From: a virus | Taxonomy: Duplodnaviria > Heunggongvirae > Uroviricota > Caudoviricetes | Length of the DNA stretch: 37,880 nt | Virus record (IMG/VR): IMGVR_UViG_3300031911_000001 | Span: 1 to 37,880 of that record | Direction: 5' to 3' (one strand) | Shown here: positions 14,473-22,603 of the stretch, one piece after another | How positions within the stretch are numbered: position 1 is the first letter of the stretch | Layout of the letters: each line of letters starts with the position of its first letter | Notes under the pieces: model-generated | The model's database searches: none | Seen by the model: the letters and a program-made list of their open reading frames with translations, nothing else | Told to the model about the DNA's origin: nothing | Program-made: the position numbers and the translations under genes

Positions 14473-15438
14473 TTACTTCTTCTGTGTGGGGAAGCGGATC
14501 GCTACGATCTTGGACTTGCTGAAGGTTCCACGGGTGACCTGTCCACCGGTGTCGAATTTCTTCCCGTCACCGACCGTCTGGTTCCCGCCAACACATTCGA
14601 ACTTGTCGCCAAGGTCTTTAGTAAAGAAGACGACGTGCCCGCTGGAGGGACCTCTGGTTCCTGACATTACAACGACGGAACCGTAGGGTACGTTCTTGGG
14701 GTCCACAGCCTGCCCGAAGTTGCTATAACTGCGCGCTAGGGCACTTCTCGTCCCCTTGTACGCTGCCTGATCCAGACACCAGCCGATAAACGATGCGCAC
14801 CAAGGCACCGATTCGGACATAGCCGAGCCGCCTCCGACCTTGTGGTACTCCTTGACCCGGGTCGGATTCTTCTCTTCGTTGGTGCCGATTTCACCGATAG
14901 CGAATGGCATCCATGGGGCCTTGGTCGTGTCTACAGGTGCATCTGGCTCCTTGAAGACGTCCTTGTCCACCGTAGCAGGAGGGGCGGCATTGTTGGCGCG
15001 GTCTGCTAGGAACGGCGTGTTGGTCGGAGTAGCACCACCATCAGAGCCACCGACCAGAGGATTGATGTCTGAGGTACGATCCGAACGTGGGTAGGTTCCA
15101 CTCGGGTCATTGAAGCCGGTAGAGCTGTTCTTGTTGACGGCTCTACGACCAGGAATCGAGAAGAGGGCAATGGGTTGTTGCTTTGCTTCTCCGTCCAGGA
15201 AGATGCCTGCCAGCATGGTTCCCGGTAGAGCCCCGTTAGGGCTCAGGCCAAGACCACTGATCGAGGCGTTGTCTGCACCTTGGGCGACTTGGCACCAAGG
15301 GAGGTCTTCTGTGGGGATGAGGCTCTTGTCTTCGGTATGGGCACCGTGGATGCGAATACGGAGACGACCCTGTTGAGCGGGGTCTTTATTGTCCTCGCAT
15401 ACGCCGAACCAGAAGTAATTGTCTTTGAATGGGATCAT
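14473..15438 (-). CDS. 5: gp5 N-terminal OB-fold domain fused to an NlpC/P60-CHAP-type (TIGR02594-like) peptidoglycan peptidase
   Basis: WFGVCED..DP.Q.GRLRIRIHG.HT....LPW..V...G..V.G.FLDG..KQQP (gp5 OB fold). PWCASF.GWCL, SALARSY, GHVVFF, GGNQ (Cys-His peptidase). Confidence 0.85.
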   Translation of the reverse strand: MIPFKDNYFWFGVCEDNKDPAQQGRLRIRIHGAHTEDKSLIPTEDLPWCQVAQGADNASISGLGLSPNGALPGTMLAGIFLDGEAKQQPIALFSIPGRRAVNKNSSTGFNDPSGTYPRSDRTSDINPLVGGSDGGATPTNTPFLADRANNAAPPATVDKDVFKEPDAPVDTTKAPWMPFAIGEIGTNEEKNPTRVKEYHKVGGGSAMSESVPWCASFIGWCLDQAAYKGTRSALARSYSNFGQAVDPKNVPYGSVVVMSGTRGPSSGHVVFFTKDLGDKFECVGGNQTVGDGKKFDTGGQVTRGTFSKSKIVAIRFPTQKK

Positions 15439-15444
15439 ACGAGG

Positions 15445-15450
15445 TATTTA
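15445..15450 (-). promoter_or_regulatory. T4-type late promoter TAAATA
   Basis: TAAATA 6 nt upstream of a structural gene start, inside a CATACG..CGTATG inverted repeat. Confidence 0.6.
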
Positions 15451-15705
15451 ACCCGTATGACGCTCCCAGATTTTGTACTTGAGGATGACTGCGAGGCAGG
15501 TCAGGTTTAGGAAGTAGTTCACGAGCAATGGCATGTCTTGCTTCGGCCACACGTAGCAGATGGTGAGAATCTCACCAAACAACCACATCAAAAGGAAAGC
15601 CCAGCTCAGGCCACGACCGTGACCCTGCTTGTAGCTCTGCCATGATTGAGGGATGGCACAGAGCGAGAACATGCCCGCTCCGATCCAACCGAGAGCCTCG
15701 TTCAC
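15448..15705 (-). CDS. PQ-loop (SemiSWEET/MtN3-like) membrane protein
   Basis: Three TM segments, AIPQ motif, GLSW..L..W..G..L..Y pattern. Confidence 0.75.
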   Translation of the reverse strand: MNEALGWIGAGMFSLCAIPQSWQSYKQGHGRGLSWAFLLMWLFGEILTICYVWPKQDMPLLVNYFLNLTCLAVILKYKIWERHTG

Positions 15706-15788
15706 TTCTTCTGCTCTACCGGGACGGTCTGAACAGGAACTTGTTGCTTGATACGGTCACCCGTCAAGGCTGCAAACATATTGATCAT
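15702..15788 (-). CDS. Possible 28-aa peptide
   Basis: MINMFAALTGDRIKQQVPVQTVPVEQKK; fills the gap and has a GTGA overlap with the PQ-loop start. Confidence 0.35.
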   Translation of the reverse strand: MINMFAALTGDRIKQQVPVQTVPVEQKK

Positions 15789-15795
15789 CGTATTT

Positions 15796-16257
15796 TCAAT
15801 TCTTGAAGTCGAACTTACCGAGACTGACGCCAAAGGCAGCATGTGCAACTTTGATCATCTTTTCTTCTGCCGCATCGATTTTCTCGCGGGATTCCTGACC
15901 TTCGCCCTTGGCACTTCCAATGTCAACGGCAACGACGCCTTGACCACCATCCAGTTCGGCATAGATTTGATACTTGGTGTTCGAGCCGTTACGAAGACGA
16001 TTCTTAACGTCGTACATCGTAGTCGAGAAGAACTTCAGCTTCCAAGCTGTTCCGTCTGCCGCTGTAGCATGGTATTCGCCACGAGCAGCATGTTTCCACT
16101 CACCATACAAGAAGCTAAACTTTCCAGTCTTGAGTTGCTTGGCTGCTTCCTTCTTGTTGTCCCAAGTAATGCTTTCAATAGGAGTAGCGGTAGATTCTGT
16201 CAATGGCAGTTCTTTTGCGGTGTTGACTGCTTCATGCAATTCTGAGAATTTCATCAT
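15796..16257 (-). CDS. Putative internal head protein
   Basis: N-terminus MKFSELHE resembles the T4 capsid-targeting sequence; lies in a late-promoter operon. Confidence 0.55.
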   Translation of the reverse strand: MMKFSELHEAVNTAKELPLTESTATPIESITWDNKKEAAKQLKTGKFSFLYGEWKHAARGEYHATAADGTAWKLKFFSTTMYDVKNRLRNGSNTKYQIYAELDGGQGVVAVDIGSAKGEGQESREKIDAAEEKMIKVAHAAFGVSLGKFDFKN

Positions 16258-16271
16258 GATTGAATTGTACC

Positions 16272-17336
16272 TTACTTCTTTGCGGCAGGCTTTGCGTCCG
16301 CCACCTTGGTGACAACACCGGTCTTCGTATTCACCCAGGCAACCTCGTGGCCTTCCTGAGCACCAGCACCGCCATAGTAGTCAGCGAGCCATGCCGTCTT
16401 GTGTTCCATCGTCTCGCCCTTCTTTGGCTTGTCGATGACCTTGTTACCCTTCATGTTGATGATGGCCCAGCCTTCTTCATCACTCTTCGACGGGTCTTCC
16501 GGATTGACGGTAGGGAGCTCTGCCAATGCAGCGGCTTCTGTGAATACTACTGCGTCTTCGTCTTCACCCATGTCGTATTCAATCTCTTCATCCCCGATGC
16601 GTTCACCGGTGACGACGTCGTAGTTCTCTTCGATGTACTTCTTGGCGTCGTGGATGATTTCAATCGTCACATCGTTGAGACCGAGCGAGTCTGAACCTGC
16701 CTTGACCTCTGTGACAGCTGCGTTGAAAAGACTGTCGATTGTGGCAGCCTCGTCGTCAGAAGTGTAGAGATTGTCAAAGAAGCAAGCCACGATTTGACCA
16801 AACACATCGGATTCGTCATCTGTTTTCCCCATGTCCTCAAAGTAGTAGCCATATGCCTGGATGTACTCTTCATCCTCATCGGCATCAAATTCGTACAGTT
16901 CACCTGCCTCGACGATCAGGGGCATGACCTGAGACTCGTCGAAGACGGTGAAGTCCTCGATGCTCTCGTCTTCTTGCTCAGTCGATTCGTAAGCCATCAT
17001 CGTCGCATCGATATCCTGAGCCTTTTGAGCACGGCGTTGGATCGCATGCTTCAGTACGACAGAGAGGCCGGTCTTGGCGTTGGTGATCAGGCAGCAACCA
17101 TCACGATAGAGTGACTTCTGGACAGCGGCCTTGATGTCCGGGTTCGGTAGGTGGGTCTTCCACTTGGCGAGACGCTCACGACCATTGCGGATGGTCATGT
17201 AGTGGTCTTCAGGCACGACGTGATCGTCCCAACCGCCAAAGCGACGGGTAGAGAACAGGGGCACGTCCGGGGTCGCCATTGCAGCAACAGAGTTGACCGA
17301 TGCGTCGGTCTCGAGAATTTGGTTGAGTGATTTCAT
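16272..17336 (-). CDS. Acidic putative virion/internal head protein
   Basis: Start MKSLNQILE (CTS-like) after a TAAATA promoter; very Asp/Glu-rich central region. Confidence 0.6.
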   Translation of the reverse strand: MKSLNQILETDASVNSVAAMATPDVPLFSTRRFGGWDDHVVPEDHYMTIRNGRERLAKWKTHLPNPDIKAAVQKSLYRDGCCLITNAKTGLSVVLKHAIQRRAQKAQDIDATMMAYESTEQEDESIEDFTVFDESQVMPLIVEAGELYEFDADEDEEYIQAYGYYFEDMGKTDDESDVFGQIVACFFDNLYTSDDEAATIDSLFNAAVTEVKAGSDSLGLNDVTIEIIHDAKKYIEENYDVVTGERIGDEEIEYDMGEDEDAVVFTEAAALAELPTVNPEDPSKSDEEGWAIINMKGNKVIDKPKKGETMEHKTAWLADYYGGAGAQEGHEVAWVNTKTGVVTKVADAKPAAKK

Positions 17337-17698
17337 GCGAGTTCGCTCTTGAGTAGGTTCGTCGTATTTACACAAACCTCGTGATCAGGCAAATAGTTGA
17401 ACGGAGCCCGGTTCAGCACGAACAGAAGAGCCTTGAGTCGCCCGTAGTTCTTCTCTTCGACCACATGCACCAGTAACTCACGGGCAAAGAGGTAGTCGAA
17501 GCAGTTGAACAACGTGACGACGTAGTTCATCAGGAGCCGAGGGTTGGCCTTTGAGTCTCCCCGCTCTAGCTTGTTGAGTTGCTGGGAGATTTTCCTTGAC
17601 AGGTCAAGGTCTTTCTCAAATTCGGCCTCGCCGGTGCAGCCGATGCTCATGTAGTATTGAGCGGCTACTTCCTTCAGGTTGTCTTCAGTCAGATGCAT
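17333..17698 (-). CDS. Conserved T4-like phage hypothetical protein
   Basis: LTEDN...AAQYY...C..EAEF.KDL...K...L...N.RLL.N....L.N.F...LK..L..LN.LP-like pattern, common in T4-like phages. Confidence 0.7.
   Translation of the reverse strand: MHLTEDNLKEVAAQYYMSIGCTGEAEFEKDLDLSRKISQQLNKLERGDSKANPRLLMNYVVTLFNCFDYLFARELLVHVVEEKNYGRLKALLFVLNRAPFNYLPDHEVCVNTTNLLKSELA
17365..17370 (-). promoter_or_regulatory. T4-type late promoter TAAATA
   Basis: gTAAATAc flanked by AGGTT/AACCT. Confidence 0.6.
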
Positions 17699-17770
17699 AT
17701 GGGGCAGTGTTTGTTCTCTTTGCTTACCTACCACTTAGGTGAAGCCAAAAAACGTGCCCACGGGCCTCTG

Positions 17771-17899
17771 CTAGCTCTTCTTAACCCCTTTGAGGAAGGT
17801 GACGGCCGCGTTATACCACTTGGCTACGAGCTCTTTGTTGTTTTTGTACCAAGCAAAGGCTTGGATGGCTGTGATGATGTTTGAAATCCATGTGAACAT
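17771..17899 (-). CDS. 42-aa amphipathic peptide with its own late promoter; ends in TAG
   Basis: MFTWISNIITAIQAFAWYKNNKELVAKWYNAAVTFLKGVKKS; GGAG SD and upstream TAAATA. Confidence 0.6.
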   Translation of the reverse strand: MFTWISNIITAIQAFAWYKNNKELVAKWYNAAVTFLKGVKKS

Positions 17900-17919
17900 G
17901 CTTTGTCTCCGTTGTCATG

Positions 17920-17925
17920 TATTTA
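17920..17925 (-). promoter_or_regulatory. T4-type late promoter TAAATA
   Basis: CTCCG-ATG-TAAATA-CAT..CGGAG inverted repeat, just downstream of a terminator. Confidence 0.65.
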
Positions 17926-17937
17926 CATCGGAGGAGC

Positions 17938-17964
17938 AAAAAGAAAGAGGCCGAAGCCCCTTTC
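17938..17964 (-). terminator. Rho-independent terminator with UUCG tetraloop
   Basis: AAAGGGGC-TTCG-GCCTCTTT-CTTTT after rIIB. Confidence 0.85.
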
Positions 17965-17983
17965 CTTGTAACCCGGTGTTAGG

Positions 17984-18040
17984 TTACTCACCGTGACCGT
18001 CACTGTCGTTCCACGCCTCGTCGATGACGTCGTCTTCCAT
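17984..18040 (-). CDS. Possible 18-aa acidic mini-ORF
   Basis: MEDDVIDEAWNDSDGHGE; TAATG-coupled to the rIIB stop, preceded by GAAGGCGAAG-like purine run. Confidence 0.25.
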   Translation of the reverse strand: MEDDVIDEAWNDSDGHGE

Positions 18041-19083
18041 TATGCCCTCACTTCGCCTTCGATCATGAAGGCCGAACGGTCCAACTGCAAGCCGATCGGG
18101 TCGTCGGCTTCGATTTCCTTCTTGCCCAGGATCTTGAGGCCGTTGTCGGTGACGTCTGCCAGCACATCGTACTTGCAAACACGGGCCTTGCGGTTACCGT
18201 AGTCACGCGGCACGGCCACGAAGTCAGCAGGATCAACCCGGCACAGCACGATACGGTTGCCACCCGAGCTGTAGCCGAAGGCCGTCAGGTAACCAATCGA
18301 ACACACGTGCAATCCGTAGGAGCAGGTTTGATCGACGTTCGGGTCAACCTTCTTGCGATCGATCTGCACCGTGACGCCGGGGCTGTTGTCGAACGTACCG
18401 CTGTGGATGTCCTTGTAGTTGCCGCGCACCGACTTGTAGGTCAGCACATAGCCGTCCTTGTCGATCTTGATGTCGTTGAACTGGCAGAACGCAAACAGGC
18501 GCTCGACCATGTTGTCATCTGGGTTGCTGTACACCCGGACCAGGAAGTTCGAGAACGCCTCGGCCGCGTCTTCACGACCTTCTGCAGCCATGGCGACGAT
18601 CTTCTTGCCGATATCAGAGTTGATCTGGACACCGTTGTAGATGCAGGCACCCTCGAAGATTTCGACCTTGCCACCACCGAAGGTCTTGACCCCTGACTTG
18701 TCGTTGATCAGGTCGTAGGCCTCGGCATACTGCTTCTTGTCACAGAGCTTGCGAATCTGCTCGTAGTGGCGGTGGGCCTTGTCGGCAGTGGCAGGTTTGC
18801 CGTTGCGGATCAGGGTGATGGTCTTGTTGGTCAGCACCATCTGGAACTTGGCGGTGGCGTCACCCTTCTTGGCAACCTGTTCGTCACCAGTGAGGAACCG
18901 GAGTTTCTCGGTGTCGAAGTAGGACTTGACCTTGCCGGCCTTGCCGTCGTAGAAGTCGGTCAGCATACGGCCGGCGGTGCGGTCGGAGACTTCCAAGATC
19001 ACTGCGATCTCTTTGATCGTCAGGTCACTGTTCTTGCGGAGCCATTGTGCTACCGCTACTTTGTGGTCACGTGTGATTTCCAT
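18040..19083 (-). CDS. rIIB: rIIB protein
   Basis: N-terminal HTH; DGYVLTYKSVR.NY.D.HSGTFDNSPG..V...R.KVD....TCS.GLHVCS; follows rIIA. Confidence 0.9.
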   Translation of the reverse strand: MEITRDHKVAVAQWLRKNSDLTIKEIAVILEVSDRTAGRMLTDFYDGKAGKVKSYFDTEKLRFLTGDEQVAKKGDATAKFQMVLTNKTITLIRNGKPATADKAHRHYEQIRKLCDKKQYAEAYDLINDKSGVKTFGGGKVEIFEGACIYNGVQINSDIGKKIVAMAAEGREDAAEAFSNFLVRVYSNPDDNMVERLFAFCQFNDIKIDKDGYVLTYKSVRGNYKDIHSGTFDNSPGVTVQIDRKKVDPNVDQTCSYGLHVCSIGYLTAFGYSSGGNRIVLCRVDPADFVAVPRDYGNRKARVCKYDVLADVTDNGLKILGKKEIEADDPIGLQLDRSAFMIEGEVRA

Positions 19084-19119
19084 TCTTCTCTCCAGTTAAA
19101 CGGGTTAGTCCGTGTGTGA

Positions 19120-19148
19120 ACTATACCCGTTAGTGATCAGCACATCAA
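19120..19148 (-). promoter_or_regulatory. Sigma70-type promoter for rIIB
   Basis: TTGATG-17 nt-TATAGT, with an AACGGGT/ACCCGTT inverted repeat. Confidence 0.65.
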
Positions 19149-21406
19149 GTGTTCAATGCGAAATTTTCATCGATGTACTTGACGATCTTTGTCTTGTCAT
19201 CCTCGTCGACTTGCCAAGCGTTCAGGTTGTCGATCATGACCATCAGCGGGTGTTGGCGCATCACCTTCGACTTCCGCTTCAGTTCATTTAGTTGCTTGAT
19301 GAACGCCACCGACTTGGGGCTGGTCCGGTAGTTGAACGCGGTCGGCTCCTGCCCATTGTAGTACGAATGGATTTCAATGAAGGGCTGGATTTCCTTCTTT
19401 TCAATCAACTTCTGGAACTTGGCGGCAACGCTCGTCAGAGACGCCTTCTTTTCCATGAAGTCCAGAATGTCCTTGTTCGTGGTGTCCTCAAGGAACGTAT
19501 GGGTCTGCATGAGGCTGACACCAGCCATGGCACGGGCAACGAACACCCGGTAGCGCCATGCATCGACACGGGCCTCGATCCAAGCTTCCAGTGAAGGGTG
19601 GCCGTTCTGTACGAGCAGGTTGATGTCCCGGGTTGCCGACTTGTTGACCATGATGATCTTGGTCTTACCCGATGCCTTCATCAGGGAGTGCTTCAGGGAT
19701 TCATCCACCGTGCTGCGCTCGCTGATCACGAACGGGGCGCCCGGGGGCAGATCGGCAACCGTCTTCACCCGGTGGTAGGACAGGCTACCACGGCTCACCA
19801 AGAAGGTACTACCGAGGGCTTCCTTGGCACGTTCCACACGTTCCCGGGCAACCTTGGGTACAACCACCGCACTGATCATTTTGACGCGTGCCTTGATCTC
19901 TTCGTAGGTGCCGGCAATACCGACGAAACGCTTGATGAAAGAGTCAAGATCGTTGAGGCTCTTGTCGATCACCGACGGGTTCGGGTAGATGGCGTAGGTA
20001 TGACCCTGCGTGTTCGTTGTTGCGACGTGACGAATCTTGGCCATTGCCTTCTCGGTGTCGTCGATCCAGAGCAACTGGGTGTGCGGCTCGCACAGCATCG
20101 TCTTGATGGCATCACCACCAAAGCGATGAACGATATCGGGGGTCTTCTTGACGGTCGTGTTCCGGCTGCTCATCGACTGCATCAGATACGGGTAGTAACT
20201 GAAGACAGTATCGACCATCTCAACCCCGGTCGTTTCGATGCCGGTCAGTTCGTCGATCCGGTGGAAGACCTTCGGCTTCTTTTCTTCCTGGCGGATCGCT
20301 TCGATCTTCACGAGGTTGTGAAAGGCGCTGCCGTAGATCAGTTGACCGATATCACCGTCGTACAGCTTCGGGGCGACAAACTTGATCGTCTTGGTGTAGC
20401 TGGTCAGCGCGTGTTGGTTACGCACCCAGTCCATCGCCTGAATCAGGGTTTCTTGGTTGTCGGCGAAGTCCTTGACGAGGTTCGCGTCGTACTCTTCGAA
20501 CATCTCGGTGAAGTATTCATTGAGGGCGTCCTTGGTCTGGGGGATGTACGACAGACCTTCACGGCTGGGCTGGATGTCCAGAGCGCCCATCGGGAACTCG
20601 GTGATCGTCAGAGTGTTGAAGACCTCGAGGCCAGAGAACTTCTGTTGCAGCTCACTGCTCAGTTCACTGACCAGCAGCGGGTAGGAGACCGGGCCCATAC
20701 GCACGCGGTGACCGCTCCAGACCGGGTTCTTCTCGAGGTAGGTGTTCTTTGCCAGCAGTTCCTGCTTGTGGGGCTTGGGCCACAGGTAGTCCGAGCTGTG
20801 ACCTTCGACCGTTGGCTTGTTCGGGAAGAAGTACAGTTGGCGCTTCAGGGCACGTTGGATGGCGTAGGTGTCTTCTGGCTTGACCGGGATCGTCACCGTC
20901 ACGCCGTTTGGCTGGTCAGTTTCCTCTTCGGCAAGGTCCAAAATCTGGGGGCACCCCGAGCTGTCCTTGTAGACCAGGAAGGTGAAGACCATTCCGTTGA
21001 AGCGGGATTCAACTTGGAACTGATCGGTGATGGCAAACGGGCTCTTGGAACCCAAGCCGAAAGCACCGATTGCGTCGTTGCTTTGGTCCTTCGTCGATTC
21101 AAAGATCGTCGAGAACAGGTGACGCGCAGTGGCCTTGCTCAGACCCGTACCGTAGTCACGGACGACAAGATTGGGCACCAGCGCATTGGGAAGGGTGATG
21201 TCGAAAGGCTTCGTCGGGCAACCGGCCGCAACGTGGGCATCCCATGCATTCGAGCAGATTTCACGTACGACCGAGTCATGTTTCTCGGAGTACAGGCCGG
21301 CAATCAGTACCTGAAAGGCCTTACCGTTTGCCTTGATGGTGAAGCCCTTTGCTTCGTCGTCGGCGATGCCATCGGTTTTGAGGCTGTTGTCATTTGCAAG
21401 TTGCAT
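19145..21406 (-). CDS. rIIA: rIIA protein (GHKL/Hsp90-like ATPase N-terminal domain)
   Basis: Start MQLAND; LYSEK..VVREICSNAWDAH, VRDYGTGL, STKDQSN..IGAFGLGSKSPFA. Confidence 0.92.
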   Translation of the reverse strand: MQLANDNSLKTDGIADDEAKGFTIKANGKAFQVLIAGLYSEKHDSVVREICSNAWDAHVAAGCPTKPFDITLPNALVPNLVVRDYGTGLSKATARHLFSTIFESTKDQSNDAIGAFGLGSKSPFAITDQFQVESRFNGMVFTFLVYKDSSGCPQILDLAEEETDQPNGVTVTIPVKPEDTYAIQRALKRQLYFFPNKPTVEGHSSDYLWPKPHKQELLAKNTYLEKNPVWSGHRVRMGPVSYPLLVSELSSELQQKFSGLEVFNTLTITEFPMGALDIQPSREGLSYIPQTKDALNEYFTEMFEEYDANLVKDFADNQETLIQAMDWVRNQHALTSYTKTIKFVAPKLYDGDIGQLIYGSAFHNLVKIEAIRQEEKKPKVFHRIDELTGIETTGVEMVDTVFSYYPYLMQSMSSRNTTVKKTPDIVHRFGGDAIKTMLCEPHTQLLWIDDTEKAMAKIRHVATTNTQGHTYAIYPNPSVIDKSLNDLDSFIKRFVGIAGTYEEIKARVKMISAVVVPKVARERVERAKEALGSTFLVSRGSLSYHRVKTVADLPPGAPFVISERSTVDESLKHSLMKASGKTKIIMVNKSATRDINLLVQNGHPSLEAWIEARVDAWRYRVFVARAMAGVSLMQTHTFLEDTTNKDILDFMEKKASLTSVAAKFQKLIEKKEIQPFIEIHSYYNGQEPTAFNYRTSPKSVAFIKQLNELKRKSKVMRQHPLMVMIDNLNAWQVDEDDKTKIVKYIDENFALNT

Positions 21407-21442
21407 GTTTACTTTCTCCAAAGTGTTAAACGGTATGGGGCA

Positions 21443-21472
21443 ATTATAACCCCATCCGTCAACACTACTCAA
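21443..21472 (-). promoter_or_regulatory. Sigma70-type promoter for rIIA inside a long inverted repeat
   Basis: TTGAGT-18 nt-TATAAT; the -10 lies in the loop of AGTGTT-GACGG-ATGGGG..CCCCAT-ACCGT-TT-AACACT (21422-21466). Confidence 0.75.
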
Positions 21473-21490
21473 CAAAAATTTGAAAGAATT

Positions 21491-21670
21491 TCAGTTCCCG
21501 AGGGTGCCGTCAAAGATCAGCGATACCGGAGCCGGGATGGCAGGATATATCGGCTTCAGCGCACCGTAGGTGTCAAAAAAGGCCGCGGTCCATTGCTTCA
21601 GGGCGAATACCTCAAGCTCGGTCTCTGCCTTGATCGTCAGACGGCCCGTCGAGTCAATGTCGGCCTTCAT
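21491..21670 (-). CDS. Hypothetical protein (59 aa, below the ORF-track cutoff)
   Basis: MKADIDSTGRLTIKAETELEVFALKQW...; starts 2 nt after the dsbA stop. Confidence 0.6.
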   Translation of the reverse strand: MKADIDSTGRLTIKAETELEVFALKQWTAAFFDTYGALKPIYPAIPAPVSLIFDGTLGN

Positions 21671-21672
21671 GA

Positions 21673-21999
21673 TCAGGCGTCGCTGTCTTCACCGAACAGG
21701 ATGTCGTAGGCGGCCTCTGCGCTGGTCACCTCGATGGCCTGCTTGCGAGCGGCATTGTTGCCCTTGAACTTCCAGTTGGCAAACTTGGCGATCTTGCCGC
21801 GAGGGATGCCGACCTTCTTTGCCAGATTCTTGAGTGCTTCGGACTGGAAGTCACGTTCACCCTGAGCACGGATCTTGCTGTTGACGATCTCATCGATACC
21901 GTCCTTCAGTTCCTTGCGGAGAGCCGGATCACCGGGGAGTTCGAGATCGGGGTTGATCTCACGGCCGTCTTCTTCGGTGGTGTTCACGTTGTCGAGCAT
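21673..21999 (-). CDS. dsbA: T4 DsbA-like double-stranded DNA-binding protein
   Basis: LKDGIDEIVNSKIRAQGERD...LKNLAKKVGI...K.A..YDILF resembles the T4 DsbA layout; near rIIA as in T4-like phages. Confidence 0.65.
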   Translation of the reverse strand: MLDNVNTTEEDGREINPDLELPGDPALRKELKDGIDEIVNSKIRAQGERDFQSEALKNLAKKVGIPRGKIAKFANWKFKGNNAARKQAIEVTSAEAAYDILFGEDSDA

Positions 22000-22256
22000 T
22001 TTTGAGTTCCTTTATGGAGGTTGTTGAAATTGGTTTGTGTGGCCTTCTGGAAAGCCAGTTCTACAAAGGCGCGATCCATGATTTCCCACAGTTCGGCCTT
22101 GGCGGATTCACGGGCATCAGTGATTCGCTCTTCGACGACGTCAAGCTGTTCGAGAACGTCAATGTCCTTCTTGATGATGTCAATCAGGCACCGGGTCGCC
22201 ATCGTGTTCCGGTACTTGAGCTTGACCTCTTCGACAGTATGAATGTCGTTTCTCAC
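21984..22256 (-). CDS. Hypothetical coiled-coil protein
   Basis: Likely GTG start overlapping the previous TGA; the longer ORF-track start overlaps another gene. Confidence 0.5.
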   Translation of the reverse strand: MRNDIHTVEEVKLKYRNTMATRCLIDIIKKDIDVLEQLDVVEERITDARESAKAELWEIMDRAFVELAFQKATQTNFNNLHKGTQKCSTT

Positions 22257-22603
22257 TGTACTTCCCACGTCTTCACTTCGTACATGAGTATGATCTGCAT
22301 GTGCTTGCCGGAAAGGTAGTCCATGATCTCTCGGAAGTCCGGCTTCTCGTCGGCTCCCGGGCACACATAGACGCGACCCTTGGTGATGCCTTCGCACGAT
22401 GCAAAGGTATGAATGCACTCCCAGAACCCTGCCGTCGTCACCCCGATCTCGTCGAGGAACGCAAGAGCCGAGTTGTAGTCTCGGCCCATGAAGTAGACCT
22501 TGCCCCGTGGGGAATCGGACTGAGACTTCTGGGTCTGGTTGCGTGGGGTGCCTCCGAAGAGGCCAGGACGAATAGCGAGGTTCATATCAAAATTTCCATT
22601 CAC
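22253..22603 (-). CDS. Hypothetical protein
   Basis: 116 aa ORF after the helicase. Confidence 0.6.
   Translation of the reverse strand: MNGNFDMNLAIRPGLFGGTPRNQTQKSQSDSPRGKVYFMGRDYNSALAFLDEIGVTTAGFWECIHTFASCEGITKGRVYVCPGADEKPDFREIMDYLSGKHMQIILMYEVKTWEVQ

Noticed and set aside
19598-21709. 703-aa plus-strand ORF
   Set aside because: Antisense shadow of rIIA, with no motifs, SD or promoter. It is explained by the codon bias of the minus-strand gene.
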